Below are positions 26,701 to 40,030 of a stretch of DNA of 64,000 nt, in pieces. Numbering within the stretch: position 1 is the first letter of the stretch; every line of letters starts with the position of its first letter. This DNA comes from Eledone cirrhosa (Eukaryota). A program made the translations under genes and the position numbers. The notes below the pieces were generated by a model. It was not told the origin of the DNA. It did no database searches and saw nothing but the letters and a program-made list of their open reading frames with translations. The stretch covers positions 196,540,001 through 196,604,000 of the forward strand of contig OZ024742.1 in NCBI GenBank assembly GCA_964016885.1, in the 5' to 3' direction.

Positions 26701-28607
26701 TAAGCTCCATTACTAGGAATGTAATAAAACCCAGAGTCTAACTACTAGGCTAAGCTTCTTCACTAGGAATGTAATAAAGCCTAGAGTCTAATTACTAGGC
26801 TAAGCTCCTTCACTAGGAATGTAATAAAGCACAGAGTCTAACTACTAGGCTAAGCTCTTTTCCTATGAATGTAATAAAGCCTAGAGTCTAACTACTAGGC
26901 TAAGCTCCTTCACTAGGAATGTGATAAAGACCAGAGTCTAACTACTAGGCTAAGCTCCTTCACTAGGAATGTAATAAAGCCTGGTGTCTAACTACTAGGC
27001 TAAGTTCTTTTACTAGGAATGTAATAAACCCCAGAGTCTAACTACTAGGCCAAACTCCTTTACTAGGAATGTAATAAAGCCCGGTGTCTAACTACTCAGC
27101 CAAACTCCTTCACTTGGAATGTAATAAAGCCCACCTAGAGCCTAACTACTAGGCTAAGCTCATTCACTAGGAATGTGATAAAGCCCAGAGTCTAACAATT
27201 CAGCTAAGCTCCTTCACTAGGAATGTAATAAAGCCCAGAGTCTAACTACTAGGCTAAGCTCCTTCACTAGCAATGTAATAAAGCCCAGAGTCTAACTACT
27301 AGGCTAAGCTCCTTCCCTGAGAATGTAATAAAGCCCAGAGTCTAACTACTAGGCTAAACTCCTTTACTAGGAATGTAATAAAACCCTTAGTGTAACTACT
27401 AGGCTAAACTCCTTTACTAGGAATGTAATAAATCCCAGAGTCTAACTACTAGGCTAAGCTCCTTTCCTAGGAATGTAATAAAGCCCAGATTCTAACTACT
27501 AGGCTAAAGTCCTTCACTACGAATGTAATAAAGCCCAGTCTAACTACTAGGCTAAGCTCCTTTACTAGGAATGTAATAAAACCCAGAGTCTAACTACTAG
27601 GCTAAGCTCCTTCACTAGGTATGTAATAAAGCCTGGAGTCTAACTACTCGGCTAAGCCCTTTTACTAGGAATGTAATAAAGCCCAGAGTCTAACTACTGG
27701 GCCAAAATCCTTTACTAGGAATGTAATAAAGCCCTGCATCTAACTACTAGACCAAACTCCTTCATTTGGAATGTAATAAAGCCCACCTAGAGTCTAACTA
27801 CTTGTTTAAGCTCCTTTACTAGGAATGTAATAAAGTTTAGAGTTTAACTACTAGGCTAAGCTCCTTTACTAGGAATGTAATAAATCCCAGACTCTAACTA
27901 CTAGGCTATACTCCTTTACCAGGAATGTAATAAAGCCTAGAGTCTCACTACTTGTTTAAGCTCCTTTACTAGGAATGTAATAAAGCCTAGAGTTTAACTA
28001 CTAGGCTAAGCTCCTTTACTAGGAATGTAATAAAACCCAGAGTCTAACTACCAGGCTAAGCTCCTTTACTAGGAATGTAATAAAGCCCAGAGTCTAATTA
28101 CTAGGCTAAACTCCTTCACTAGGAATGTAATAAAGCCCAGAGTCTAACTACTAGGCTAAGCTCCTTTACTAGATTTGTAATAAAGCCTAGAGTCTAGGCT
28201 AAGCTCCTTCACTAGGAATGTAATAAAGCCCAGAGTCTAACTACTAGGCTAATCTTTTTTACTAGGAATGTAATAAAGCCCGGAGTCTAACTACTAGGCT
28301 AAGCTCCTTTTCTCGGAATGTAATAAAGCACAGAGTCTAACTACTAGGGCCAACATCCTTGAAAAGGTATCTCTGTGACCAAGATAAATTTTCTACTCAC
28401 TGTTGTAGAATCTTCAACAGAAATACCAGAATATGGATACCATGAGGTGACTAGTAATCAATGACCACAGTAGCTAATGGCAGCTTAGTCACAATTTGAT
28501 TACCGCTTGGTCAAACATTGGTCACAGCTTGACCACAGAATGGTCAAAGAAGGGCTCCATTTTGCTCAATGAATGGCTACAGTCTTGTAACACCTTGGTC
28601 ACAGAAG

Positions 28608-28785
28608 TGCCACAGCCTGGCCACAGCCTGGCCACAGCCTGGCCACAGCCTGGCCACAGCCTGGCCACAGCCTGCCAACAGCCTGGCCACAGCCTGGCCA
28701 CAGCCTGGCCACAGCCTGGCCACAGCCTGGCCACAGCCTGGCCACAGCCTGGTCACAGCCTGGCCATAGCCTGGCCACAGCCTAG
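28608..28785. repeat. 11-bp minisatellite (GCCACAGCCTG)n
   Basis: Direct; degenerate flanks extend to ~28490-28975. Confidence 0.92.
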
Positions 28786-29188
28786 CAACTGCTTGGTCAT
28801 AACTTGGTCACAGCTGGGTCACAGCTTGACCGCAGTTTGGTGACAGTTGGAGCACAGCTTGACTACAGCTTAGCTACAGCTTTGCCACAACTTGGTTACT
28901 GTTGGACGACAGATTGACCACAGCTATATCACAGCTTGGTCACAGCTTGGTCACAGGTTGACCACAGCTTAACCACGGCAGCTGAGAACAGAAACCTGTG
29001 GATGAAATCAATTCCCTTCCCATTGAATGACTCAAGATACTTCATATAGACATTCATTTATTTGCTACAGGGTTGATCAAATAAAGTTCCAGTAAAATAC
29101 ACTAGTTGATATAATCGAATTCCTATTGCTGGCCTTGTGCCTAATTTAGAAATTATTACTGACTATATATGAACTGATTATGATGATG

Positions 29189-29227
<39 letters not shown>

Positions 29228-29435
29228 CTGGACGTTACATTCCCTTAATATATATAAATATATATATCATATATATATTATGTGTGTGTGTGTGTGTGAG
29301 TGTGTGTGTGTATGCACGTGTTTAAGGGTGTATGTGTGTATGTATGTAAGTATGTATTTATGTATGCATGTACCTATGTAAGTATGCATTTATGCATGCA
29401 TGTATATATGTATATGTGTATGTATGTGTGGTCTA

Positions 29436-29477
<42 letters not shown>

Positions 29478-29482
<5 letters not shown>

Positions 29483-29535
29483 GTAAGTATGTATGTATAC
29501 GTACATACATATATGTATACAGACGTACAGTAGCA

Positions 29536-29571
<36 letters not shown>

Positions 29572-29901
29572 CAGGTACACATACATATATGCACGCATCA
29601 GTTTAGCGGACGCTTATTATAACGCCGCTTTGTTCGTTTGTCAACAAACTGAACAGCCTGAATTTATGCCATACGGTGTTAAGGCAACCACGTCACCTTT
29701 TTGTTCAACACTGACACAGGAACGATGTACTAGTTTCAAGCTTGTTAGCTATCATCAGCACCGTTTACCCATCTGCCAGATAGTTGAACGTTCGAAAGTA
29801 TATACTTTCCTTATGAAAATTAACGGCTGAGCAGCCTAATTTGCATATTGAGTGAGTTAAATCGGTCAGGCATACCGAAAACGATAAGTTGAAAAAAACT
29901 G

Positions 29902-29953
<52 letters not shown>

Positions 29954-30011
29954 TGCTACTGTACGTCTGTATACATATATGTATGTACGTATACATACAT
30001 ACTTACATTTA
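29478..30011. mobile_element. Small non-coding element with ~65-bp inverted termini carrying a hammerhead
   Basis: TAAATGTAAGTATGTATGTATACGTAC...GTACAGTAGCATGCAT is the reverse complement of ~29945-30011; part of the terminus recurs at ~47985-48030. Confidence 0.6.
29721..29765 (-). ncRNA. Minimal type I hammerhead ribozyme, intact core
   Basis: aacggtg-CTGATGA-t-agct aaca agct-t-GAAA-ctag-TA-catcgtt; 7-bp stem I, GUA cleavage triplet. Confidence 0.85.
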
Positions 30012-30216
30012 AGTAAGTGCCATACTAAGAGTGAGAAATGAAATTTCGTTTTCATTTTTTCAACTTATATATATATATATACATACATATATGTATGTAT
30101 GTGTATATGCATGTGTATCTATTCTCATTATAACGTTTATACAGGTGTTGCAATAGGTTTGCATTGTGATTATCATATAACATTACACATGTTCCACACA
30201 GAGGGGTAATACACGT

Positions 30217-30357
30217 TTATGTCGTTGCTGGTGAACAGATGTTTGAATTTATGGCTGTCCAGGATAATGTTTGCTGATCACCAGATAATGTCTTCTTCGT
30301 GAAACCAAAAGCCAGATATTGAGTTTTGCTCCGAGGAGGAACATTTCTATTGATATT
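30217..30357 (-). CDS. Putative terminal exon of an unidentified host gene
   Basis: Acceptor CTTCCTGACAG, phase 0, NINRNVPPRSKTQYLAFGFTKKTLSGDQQTLSWTAINSNICSPATT-TAA; phase-compatible with 39116-39251. Confidence 0.4.
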   Translation of the reverse strand, partial: NINRNVPPRSKTQYLAFGFTKKTLSGDQQTLSWTAINSNICSPATT

Positions 30358-30399
30358 CTGTCAGGAAGCTCACATTGCTTCCATATTGAACTACTCTAT

Positions 30400-31095
30400 G
30401 GAACTCTCTCCTTACCAGTTTGAACCATACCTTTACCATGCTGAACACTCCCTTTACCACTCTGAACACTCCCTTTATCTCCTCTTACCACTGTACTAAA
30501 CTCTCCCCTCACCACTCTCAACACTCCCCTCACCACTCTCAACTCTCCCCTCTCACTCTCAACTCTCCCCTTGCCACTCTCAACTCTCCCCTTACCACTC
30601 ACAACTTGCCCCTTACCACTTTGAACTCTCCCCTTACCACTCTTAACTCTCCCCTTACACCTCTAAAGAACTCTCCTATTACCACTATTACTCTCCACTC
30701 ACCACCCATACTCTCCTCTTACTAAGCTACTGAATTCTCCCCTTACAACTCTTACTCTCCCCTCACCATTCTGAACTCTCCCCTTACCACTTTGAGCTCT
30801 TCCTTCTCACACTCAACTCTCTCCTCACCACTCACAACTCTCCCCTTACTATTCTCAACTCTTCCCTTATCACTCTGAACTGAACTCTCCCCTTGCCACT
30901 CTTAACTCTCCCATTTCCACTCTCAACTCTCCCCTCATCACTCTGAACTCTCCTCTTACAACTCTCAACTCTCCCCTCACCACTCTCAACTCTCTCCTAT
31001 CCACTCTCAACTCTCCCCTTACCACTCTCACCCCCCCCCCCCCTTACCACTCTTAACCCTCCACACCCCACCCAACCCCCCTTACCACTCACAAC
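30400..31095. repeat. ~21-bp pyrimidine-rich minisatellite (AACTCTCCCCTTACCACTCTC)n
   Basis: Direct. Confidence 0.9.
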
Positions 31096-31219
31096 TGTGA
31101 GGTATTTAGTGGAATATAGAGAGGTGTAAAGGATTTGGTGGTCTAGTGAGAGATAGAAAATTGTGAGCGAGAGTGAGGTACGTAGTGGGATATAGAAAGG
31201 GCAAGAGTCCCGTAAGACG

Positions 31220-33285
31220 ACCTCACTAGTGCTGGGTGGCACGAATAAAAGTACCTAGTCTATGCTGTAAAATGGAGGAGTAAAGAGGTCCCCTGAGTCC
31301 AGTAAGACAACTTCTCTAGTACTGGTGGCACGAATAAAAGCACCCAGTCCATGCTGTAAAGTAGTGCTGGTGTTAGGAAGGGTATCCAACCAGTATATAT
31401 ACTACTGCCAAAAACTATGAGCACAACGAATGAGATTTGCAACAACTGCGTAAACAGCAATAACACTAACCATGTTAGGGCTGCGCACGGTAGTGGGGTG
31501 GCTGATGAGGCCATGTGCGAGAACCCGCCGACCGTCATCAAGCAATCGCACAACAGGCAAAAGAACAAGATGTCGCATCTCAGAGTTTCCACACATAATG
31601 TTGGCCCTCTAACAGGTAGATCTGGTAAGATAGTGGAGATGCTGGAGAGAAGGCATGTAGATGTGTGCTGCGTGCAAGAGGTGAGATGGAAAGGTGCCTC
31701 TGCAAGACTAATCGCAGGCAAACATCTTAGTTATAAGCTTTTCTGGGTGGGTAATGATGATGGGAAAGGTGGGGTAGGCATATTACTGGTTGAGAGATGG
31801 ATCGATAAAACAATAGAGGTAGTTAGAGTTAGTAATAGAATAATTAAGCTTAGATTAGTTGTAGGCAAGAGACTACTGACAATCATCTCTGCCTATGCTC
31901 CCCAGGCAGGCCTGTAGCGAGATCTGTCCACGCCTTGAACCTTGGGTGACACCTAAAAGTCAAACTCTAGGTCACTAACCTTTTGGTGTGAACAGGTTGA
32001 TGCGTGAGCGATCCCTTGAGGTGGGAGACAGAAAGCAACAGGTATATAAAGCCTGTATATCCCACCTTACAACAGAGAGTTCGGAGCACCACGATACAGA
32101 CAAATTATGTGAAAGATTCACCACTACTTTCAGGCCCCAGAGTCTACAGGCATCAATCAGAGCAGTACACTATTACAAGTTATGTGAAAGATTCACCACT
32201 ATCTACAGGCCACAGTGGTCTACAGTCAACTACAGACCATTCAGAGGTCTACAGAATTGAAGGAGTGTGGTTTCTTGAATTTTGTGATGCAAGTACACTA
32301 ACCATTTGCAACACTAACTTCCAGAAACCTACCAACCACCTAATAACCTACAAATTAGTCGAGCACATAAGCCAGATTGACTTCCTGCTAGTAAGACAGC
32401 GAGACAGACAGATGGTGTCAAATACTAAGGCATACCCCAGGAAAGAATGTACCCCACAGCATAGGTTAGTCGTTAGTGGCATCTCAATAAGCAAGAAAAA
32501 GAATGAGACATACAGGAAGGTGTGGAAAAGAAAAGTCTGGAAGCTAAAAGACTTTTCATTGCAAGGCAGTGTGTCAGTGCAAATAAGTATGTTGTTGGAT
32601 ATAAGTGTGTCCGGAATGATGCCGGTGTACTTAGTGTCACGAATAATCAAAGAGGCCTGGAAATGTCATTATGAGAGACTGATGAATGTGGAGAACGAAT
32701 GGGAGAGAGAAAAATTACCCCCGGTAGACCCGTCAGAGGGACCAGCTATTGAGATTGACGAATATAGGGTACAAGAGGTAATTAAGGAAATGAAGAATGG
32801 TAAGGCTGCTGGACCATCGGAGATAGTTGCTGAGATGCTGAAGGCATCAGAAGAAGTAGGCACTAAACTGGTTGCACACATCATCAATCAAGCTATATAT
32901 GGTGGTGTCATACCCAAAGACTGGTGCAGCAGTATTCTCATAAATTGCTACAAAGGTAAAGCGGATGTTCTGGATATAAGAGGGATAAGTTGTGGTGTGC
33001 AGGAAAGAAGACTGAGAGGGTATGGACATGTGATGCGCATGGAGGATGACCGCTGGGTAAAGAAGTGCCAAGAAATGCCAGTAGAAAGAAGATGCAGTAG
33101 AGGAAGACCACGAAAAACATGGGCAGAGGTGGTAAGAGAAGACCTCAGATCACTGAAACTCACGGAGGAGATGACGAAGGACCCTGACAAGTGGAAGGAT
33201 GCTGTTCTGAATAGGACCCATCCCACCCTTGCAAACAGGGAAAAGTGGATGTAAAATGATGATGAAATGATGATGATGATGATGA

Positions 33286-33288
<3 letters not shown>
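31220..33288 (+). mobile_element. RTE-clade LINE, internally deleted
   Basis: APE motifs (STHNVGPL, CVQEVRW, GGVGIL, SAYAPQ, SQIDF, QHRLV), RT N-terminus (GKAAGPSEI), C-terminus (YGHVMRM..RGRPRKTW), (GAT)n tail. Confidence 0.9.
31913..32253 (+). mobile_element. Possible solo-LTR-like insertion in the RTE endonuclease region
   Basis: TGT...ACA ends, TATATAAA, internal direct repeat TTATGTGAAAGATTCACCACTA; no TSD seen. Confidence 0.35.
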
Positions 33289-33349
<61 letters not shown>

Positions 33350-35012
33350 TCATTAAGGAAATGAAAAATGGTAAGACTGCTGGACCATCGGGGATAGTTG
33401 CTGAGATGCTGAAGGCATCAGGAGACGTAGGCACTAAACTGGTTGCATGCATCATCAATCAGGCTATATATGGTGGTGTCATACCCAAAGACTGGTGCAG
33501 CAGTATTCTCATAAATTGCTACAAAGGTAAAGGGGGTGCTCTGGAGAGGAGCAATTATAGGGCTATGAAACTGATGGATCAGGTTATGAAAGTGGCAGAA
33601 AGGATATTAGCACAACTAATTAGAGAAAGGGTCAAACTAGATGAGATGCAGTTTGGTTTTGTGCCTGGGAAGAGTACAACAGATGCCCTCTTCTTGGTGA
33701 GACAATTACAAGAGAGGTTCTTAGAGAAAAATAAGCCACTATACTTAGCCTTTGTTGACCTAGAAAAGGCCTTTGATAGGGTACCCCGATCTGTCATCTG
33801 GTGGTCCCTAAGGAAACTAGGTGTTGAGGAATGCCTTGTGAGGACAGTGCAAACTTTGTACAGAGGTACTGTCAGTAAAGTCAGGGTAGGAATGGAGTTT
33901 AGTGAGGAATTCCAGATACAAGTAGGAGTACATCAAGGTTCGGTCCTCAGCCTGCTCTTATTCATTATAGTCCTCCAAGCCATAACAGAGGAGTTTAAGA
34001 CTGGCTGTCCATGGGAACTTCTCTATGCTGATGATCTGGTTCTTATAGCAGAATCAGTAGAGGAACTAGAGAATAAATTTTGGCTATGGAAACACCAGTT
34101 GGAAGCAAGAGGACTGAGAGTGAACCTAGCTAAGACAAAAGTGTTGATGAGTAGAAAAGAGGACAGAACTCTGATTCTGTCAGAGAAATGGCCATGTTCG
34201 ATATGCAGAAAAGGAACTGGCATAAATTCTATAAATTGCACACAATGCAGATCCTGGGTACACAAGAGATATAGCGGGATAGCAGGCAAACTAACAGGTA
34301 GGGAGAAATACATATGCAGTAGATGTACAGGGAAATTAGACAGTAGAAGTCGCATTGATAGACACATTTTTCAAATGCAGGCGGGTGCTATAGAAGTGGT
34401 GGATAGCTTCCGGTACCTAGGAGATCAGATTAGCATGGTAGGGGGTGTTCCGAGGCCATAGTATCTAGAATAAGGACGGGTTGGAAGAAGTTTAGGGAGC
34501 TGCTTCCTCTGCTGACGAAGAAGGGTTTCTCCCTGCGTACGAAAGGCCGGTTATATGATGCCTGTGTGAGGAGTGCGATGCTGCATGGTAGTGAGACATG
34601 GGCAGCAACTGCAGAGGATATGCGACGGCTGGAGAGAAATGAGGCAAGCATGCTCCGTTGGATGTGCAATGTCAATGAGCGTGAACGACCCAGCATGAAT
34701 GGGTTGAGAGAGAAACTGTGTCTGAGAGGGATAGAATGTAGTGTACGGGAGAGGAGACTGAGGTGGTATGGACATGTGATGCGCATGGAGGATGACCGAT
34801 GGGTGAAGAAGTGCCAGGAAATGCCAGTTGAAGGAAGACGTGGTAGAGGTAGACCACGAAAAACATGGGCGGAGGTGGTGAGAACAGACCTCAGATCGCT
34901 GAAGCTCATGGTGGAGATGACAAAGGACTGTGACAAGTGGAGAGATGCTGAATAAGACCCGTCCCACCCTTGCAAGCAGGGAAGAGCGGACGTAAAATGA
35001 TGATGATGATGA
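33350..35012 (+). mobile_element. 5'-truncated RTE LINE (RT plus PHD-like finger)
   Basis: ORFs 33361-34461 and 34566-34955: QFGF, FVDLEKAFDRV, GVHQGSVLS, LLYADD, CSIC..CTQC..H..CSRC, FRYLG; (GAT)n tail. Confidence 0.92.
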
Positions 35013-35387
35013 TGATCATCATCATCATCATCATCATCATCTTCATCATCATCATCGTCATCACCATTTTATGTCCATTTTACCATGCTTAGACAAGTTG
35101 TCCAATGTGAGCCCTACCAAAGCAGATGACCATGTACTGCTCACATTGGACCAATTGAGGCATAGTTTCTATGGCTGGATGCCCTTTCTAACACCAACCA
35201 CATTGGCAGTATGTACTGAGTGCTTCAAGACTACTTTACTGTGTGGGCTAAGCGCTTTTTGTCATGACACCTACACAATCACTTTACAGTGTGGACCAGG
35301 TGCTTTTTGTATATATATATATATATATATATGCCTGTGCGTATATGCATGCACACATACACACACATTTGTTCATCTTACAACTAC

Positions 35388-35548
35388 TCTGTTGCCAAGG
35401 TAACTAATTCTATCATTCTATCACACTGACTGTTGCCAAGGTAACTAATTCTATTACACTGCATTACACTACATTGTTGCCAAGGTAACTGATTCTATCA
35501 CACTAAATTATACTACACTGTTGCCAAGGTAACTGAACCTATCCCACT
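35388..35548. repeat. Short tandem repeat (TGTTGCCAAGGTAACT core, 4 copies)
   Basis: Direct. Confidence 0.8.
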
Positions 35549-35727
35549 ACTTTACAGTCAAACGGGATCACATCATCATGTGACTAATGAAGCAATCGTT
35601 ATTAATGTTAGTTTAAATGGTACTTTTTAATGAAATACTTTGATCTGCATCACATATATGGATTCAGACACACTAACACACACATACACCACATATATGT
35701 ATGTGTGTGTGCACGCATGTGTGTATG

Positions 35728-35818
<91 letters not shown>

Positions 35819-35830
35819 ATATATATATAT

Positions 35831-35861
<31 letters not shown>

Positions 35862-35877
35862 GTATATATATATATAC

Positions 35878-36115
35878 ATCATCATCATCATCATCATTTT
35901 ACGTCCGCTTTTCCCTGCTTGCAAGGGTGGGACGGGAACTGATTCTGGCTTGATTTCTACAGCTGGATGCCTTTCCTAACACCAACCTCATTTACAGTGA
36001 GTGGCACCTCCATGACCACTTTGCAGTGGAATGATATGGACCCCAGTCCTATCATCTCATTTCTACAGCTGAGTAAACTGGAACAATGTGAAATAAAGTG
36101 TCTTGCTCAAGGAAA
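35878..36115 (-). mobile_element. SINE of the 12073-12423 family, 5'-truncated
   Basis: Colinear body and RTE-type tail. Confidence 0.8.
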
Positions 36116-36268
36116 CAAATATAAATGATTATAAATCATTTGCATACTCATCTTAATAAGTTGAAATATCTGACTTTTCTTCTCTTATCCCTTCAGTATT
36201 CCAAGGAAAACTTGAACCGTTAAGGTATCTTTTTGTTGGTTATGTCAAAATTTATAAAACAAACTTTG

Positions 36269-36329
36269 TATTTTATCTGATGAAAGCGTACCAAAGTTTT
36301 GGTACCCTTGAAATATATATAATAGAATA
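36269..36329 (+). ncRNA. Type I hammerhead ribozyme with no adjacent ORF
   Basis: tattttat-CTGATGA-aag c gtacc aaagtttt ggtac c ctt-GAAA-tatata-TA-atagaata; 8-bp stem I. Confidence 0.82.
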
Positions 36330-36377
36330 AATATGGTTTTATAAATATAGTTTCCATTTATTTAATATCATTATTCA

Positions 36378-36757
36378 ATGACACACGACCGTGACTTCTG
36401 GCGTCACGCAGTAATACAGGGTACCCGACCTCCCATGGGTACATGCTGAAGCATATAAACAATATGCCCCCCCCCCCCCCCACCGCAAGGTGGTCGTGGA
36501 GGTGCCACGGCAAAAAAGCACCCAGCCCACACTGTAAAGTGGACGTGTAGGCGCCACGAAAAAGCACCCAGCACTCACTGTAAATGAGGTTGGTGTTAGG
36601 AAGGGCATCCAGCTGTAGAAATCAAGCCAGATCAGTTCCTGTATGAGCAAGGCATGGTCAGCCGACCAGACACTGCCCACAACAGGACAACCCGTCTAAC
36701 CCATGCTAGCGTGGAAGAACGGACGTAAAACGGTGATGATGATGATGATGATGATGA
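36378..36757 (+). mobile_element. RTE 3' end (family of 38141-38922)
   Basis: Closely similar to 38508-38922. Confidence 0.8.
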
Positions 36758-36763
36758 TATATA

Positions 36764-37472
36764 TTATAGCTCTGGTTTATCCAAACTATTGAGCACTTTG
36801 CCACACATTTCGAAGATTGTGTTTCGTTATTTCGTGGGCCGAGGTTCCGATTCTCGATAATTTATTTGTATTTATTTCCAGTCTCTAGCTATTGATCAGT
36901 TAATTTTATTGATTTTTTAGTTGATCCTATTGACTGATGAATAGCGCATGTTAATTTTAACCCGTCTGTTGAGAACTCTAATTCGATATGTGATATTTTG
37001 TATTTTTACAATAATATACACTACTGAATTCATTCACCTAATATAGGGGTTCCCTCCCTTGCTAGTCCCACGTGTATTTAGTAACGGGTTCCCTTGTATT
37101 TTTGAACTAAACGCCTGTTGAAGAAGTGGTTTCCTCGTTCATCATCTTACCAGAAGCCGGATATTTTTTTATGTAAGCTGACAGTAACTGATTTAGGAGC
37201 CGCAGAAACCCAAATGCTGGAATTTACCATCTTTCCAGGGGGTCCGGGTAAATTTTTCATTCATATATATTTTTATTTGTCTGACCCCAATTTTCTTGGT
37301 CGTGTTTTCAGCTGTGCGAATGATTGTTTAAGAATCGTCTCAGTGTGTTAGTATTAAACGTTAGTTATAGCTCTGGTTTATCCAAACTATTGAGCACTTT
37401 GCCACACATTTCGAAGATTGTGTTTCATTATTTCGTGGGCCGAGGTTCCGATTCTCAATAATTTATTTGTAT
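36764..37472. repeat. ~600-bp non-coding unit with ~108-bp terminal direct repeats
   Basis: TTATAGCTCTGGTTTATCCAAACTATTGAGCAC...TTTATTTGTAT at 36764-36871 and 37365-37472. Confidence 0.85.
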
Positions 37473-37489
37473 ATATATATATATATATA

Positions 37490-38922
<1,433 letters not shown>

Positions 38923-39115
38923 TGCCCTCAGCTGGACTTTTTAGTTTTAGGATGGTTAGAATTCTATAATTTAATACCTGTATGTATAATGCCTTTTCAA
39001 TTCTAATTACTTGCGTCAAGTTAACTTTCGTATATAAAATTAGGGGTGGGTGGGTGGTGGCTTGCTGTGTATTCTAATTGTTTGTGTATGAGCCCCCCCC
39101 CCTCGACGCCCCAAC

Positions 39116-39251
39116 CTGAAGTGCTCTGGGCCCTCTCCAAGGTCTAAGTACAACACTGGGTAGGTGGAAGCTGTTTTGAAGTCCATTGGGTGGATTGTAC
39201 CAGTAATTCAAATAGTCAGATTTGTTATACACTGTGTCATACTGAATCTCC
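39116..39251 (-). CDS. Putative internal exon of an unidentified host gene
   Basis: Acceptor TAATTCTCAG, donor CAG|GTTGGG; open frame EIQYDTVYNKSDYLNYWYNPPNGLQNSFHLPSVVLRPWRGPRALQ in non-repeat sequence. Confidence 0.5.
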
Positions 39252-39589
39252 CTGAGAATTACATTAAGAGGACATGTGATAGTGGAATGCTTAGCCACTT
39301 ATACATTCATTTCATGAGCAGGCTGTTCCATTGATCAAACAGCCATTTTCAGTCACTTTTAGGCCAGCAATTTAACATAAGGTGTATGTAATAAAATTAA
39401 CCCCAATATTTAACAGGTACTTTATTTTATTGAGCCAGAGGAGTGAGAGACAAAGTTGACTGTGGTGGGATTTGAACTCAAAATGTAAATCACCAGAATA
39501 TATACCAGAAAGTACTTTGTCCAAAAGTCTAACAAATCTGTCATATCATGTTGAAAACACTGAACTAATGTCAAGTCTAGTTAGTACTT

Positions 39590-40030
39590 ATCACAACAAA
39601 AAGCACCCAGCCGACACTGTAAAGTGGTTGTGTAAGTGCCATGACAAAAAGCACCCAATCCACACTGTAAACTGGCCGTGTGGGTGCCATGACAAAAAGC
39701 TCTCAGCCCACATTGTAAAGTGGTTGCGTAGGTGTCACGACAAAAAGCACCCAGCACATACTGTAAATGTGGTCATGTAGGTGTCATGACAAAAAGCACC
39801 CAGCACATACTGTAAATGTGGTCGTGTAGGTGTCACAACAAAAAGCACCCAGCACATACTGTAAATGTGGTTGGCATTAAGAAGGGCATCCAGATGTAGA
39901 AACCAAGCCAGAAATAGTTCTGTATGAATAAGACATGGTCAACTGACCCGACTTGCCTCAAACGGGACAACCTGTCTAACCCATTATAGCATAGAAAATA
40001 AATGTTAGACGATAATGATAATGATGATGG
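39590..40030 (+). mobile_element. SINE or RTE 3' segment with tandemly amplified ~48-bp module
   Basis: About six AAAAAGCACCCAGCACATACTGTAAA..GTGTCA units, then GAAGGGCATCCAG and (GAT)n tail. Confidence 0.75.

Larger units (their letters stand above)
20505..28348. repeat. 50-bp tandem satellite, ~7.8 kb
   Basis: Consensus ACTAGGAATGTAATAAAGCCCAGAGTCTAACTACTAGGCTAAGCTCCTTT; occasional 54-bp variants; no unique spacers. Confidence 0.97.

Noticed and set aside
20505-28348. CRISPR-like array
   Set aside because: Units are contiguous 50-mers without unique spacers, there are no cas genes and the context is eukaryotic
28401-28450. Small minus-strand exon (TAG|...|GTGAGT)
   Set aside because: Weak acceptor, lies beyond the putative terminal exon, no independent support
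28496-28843. Repetitive protein (ATAWPQPGHSL)n
   Set aside because: Product of an 11-bp minisatellite that is open in several frames
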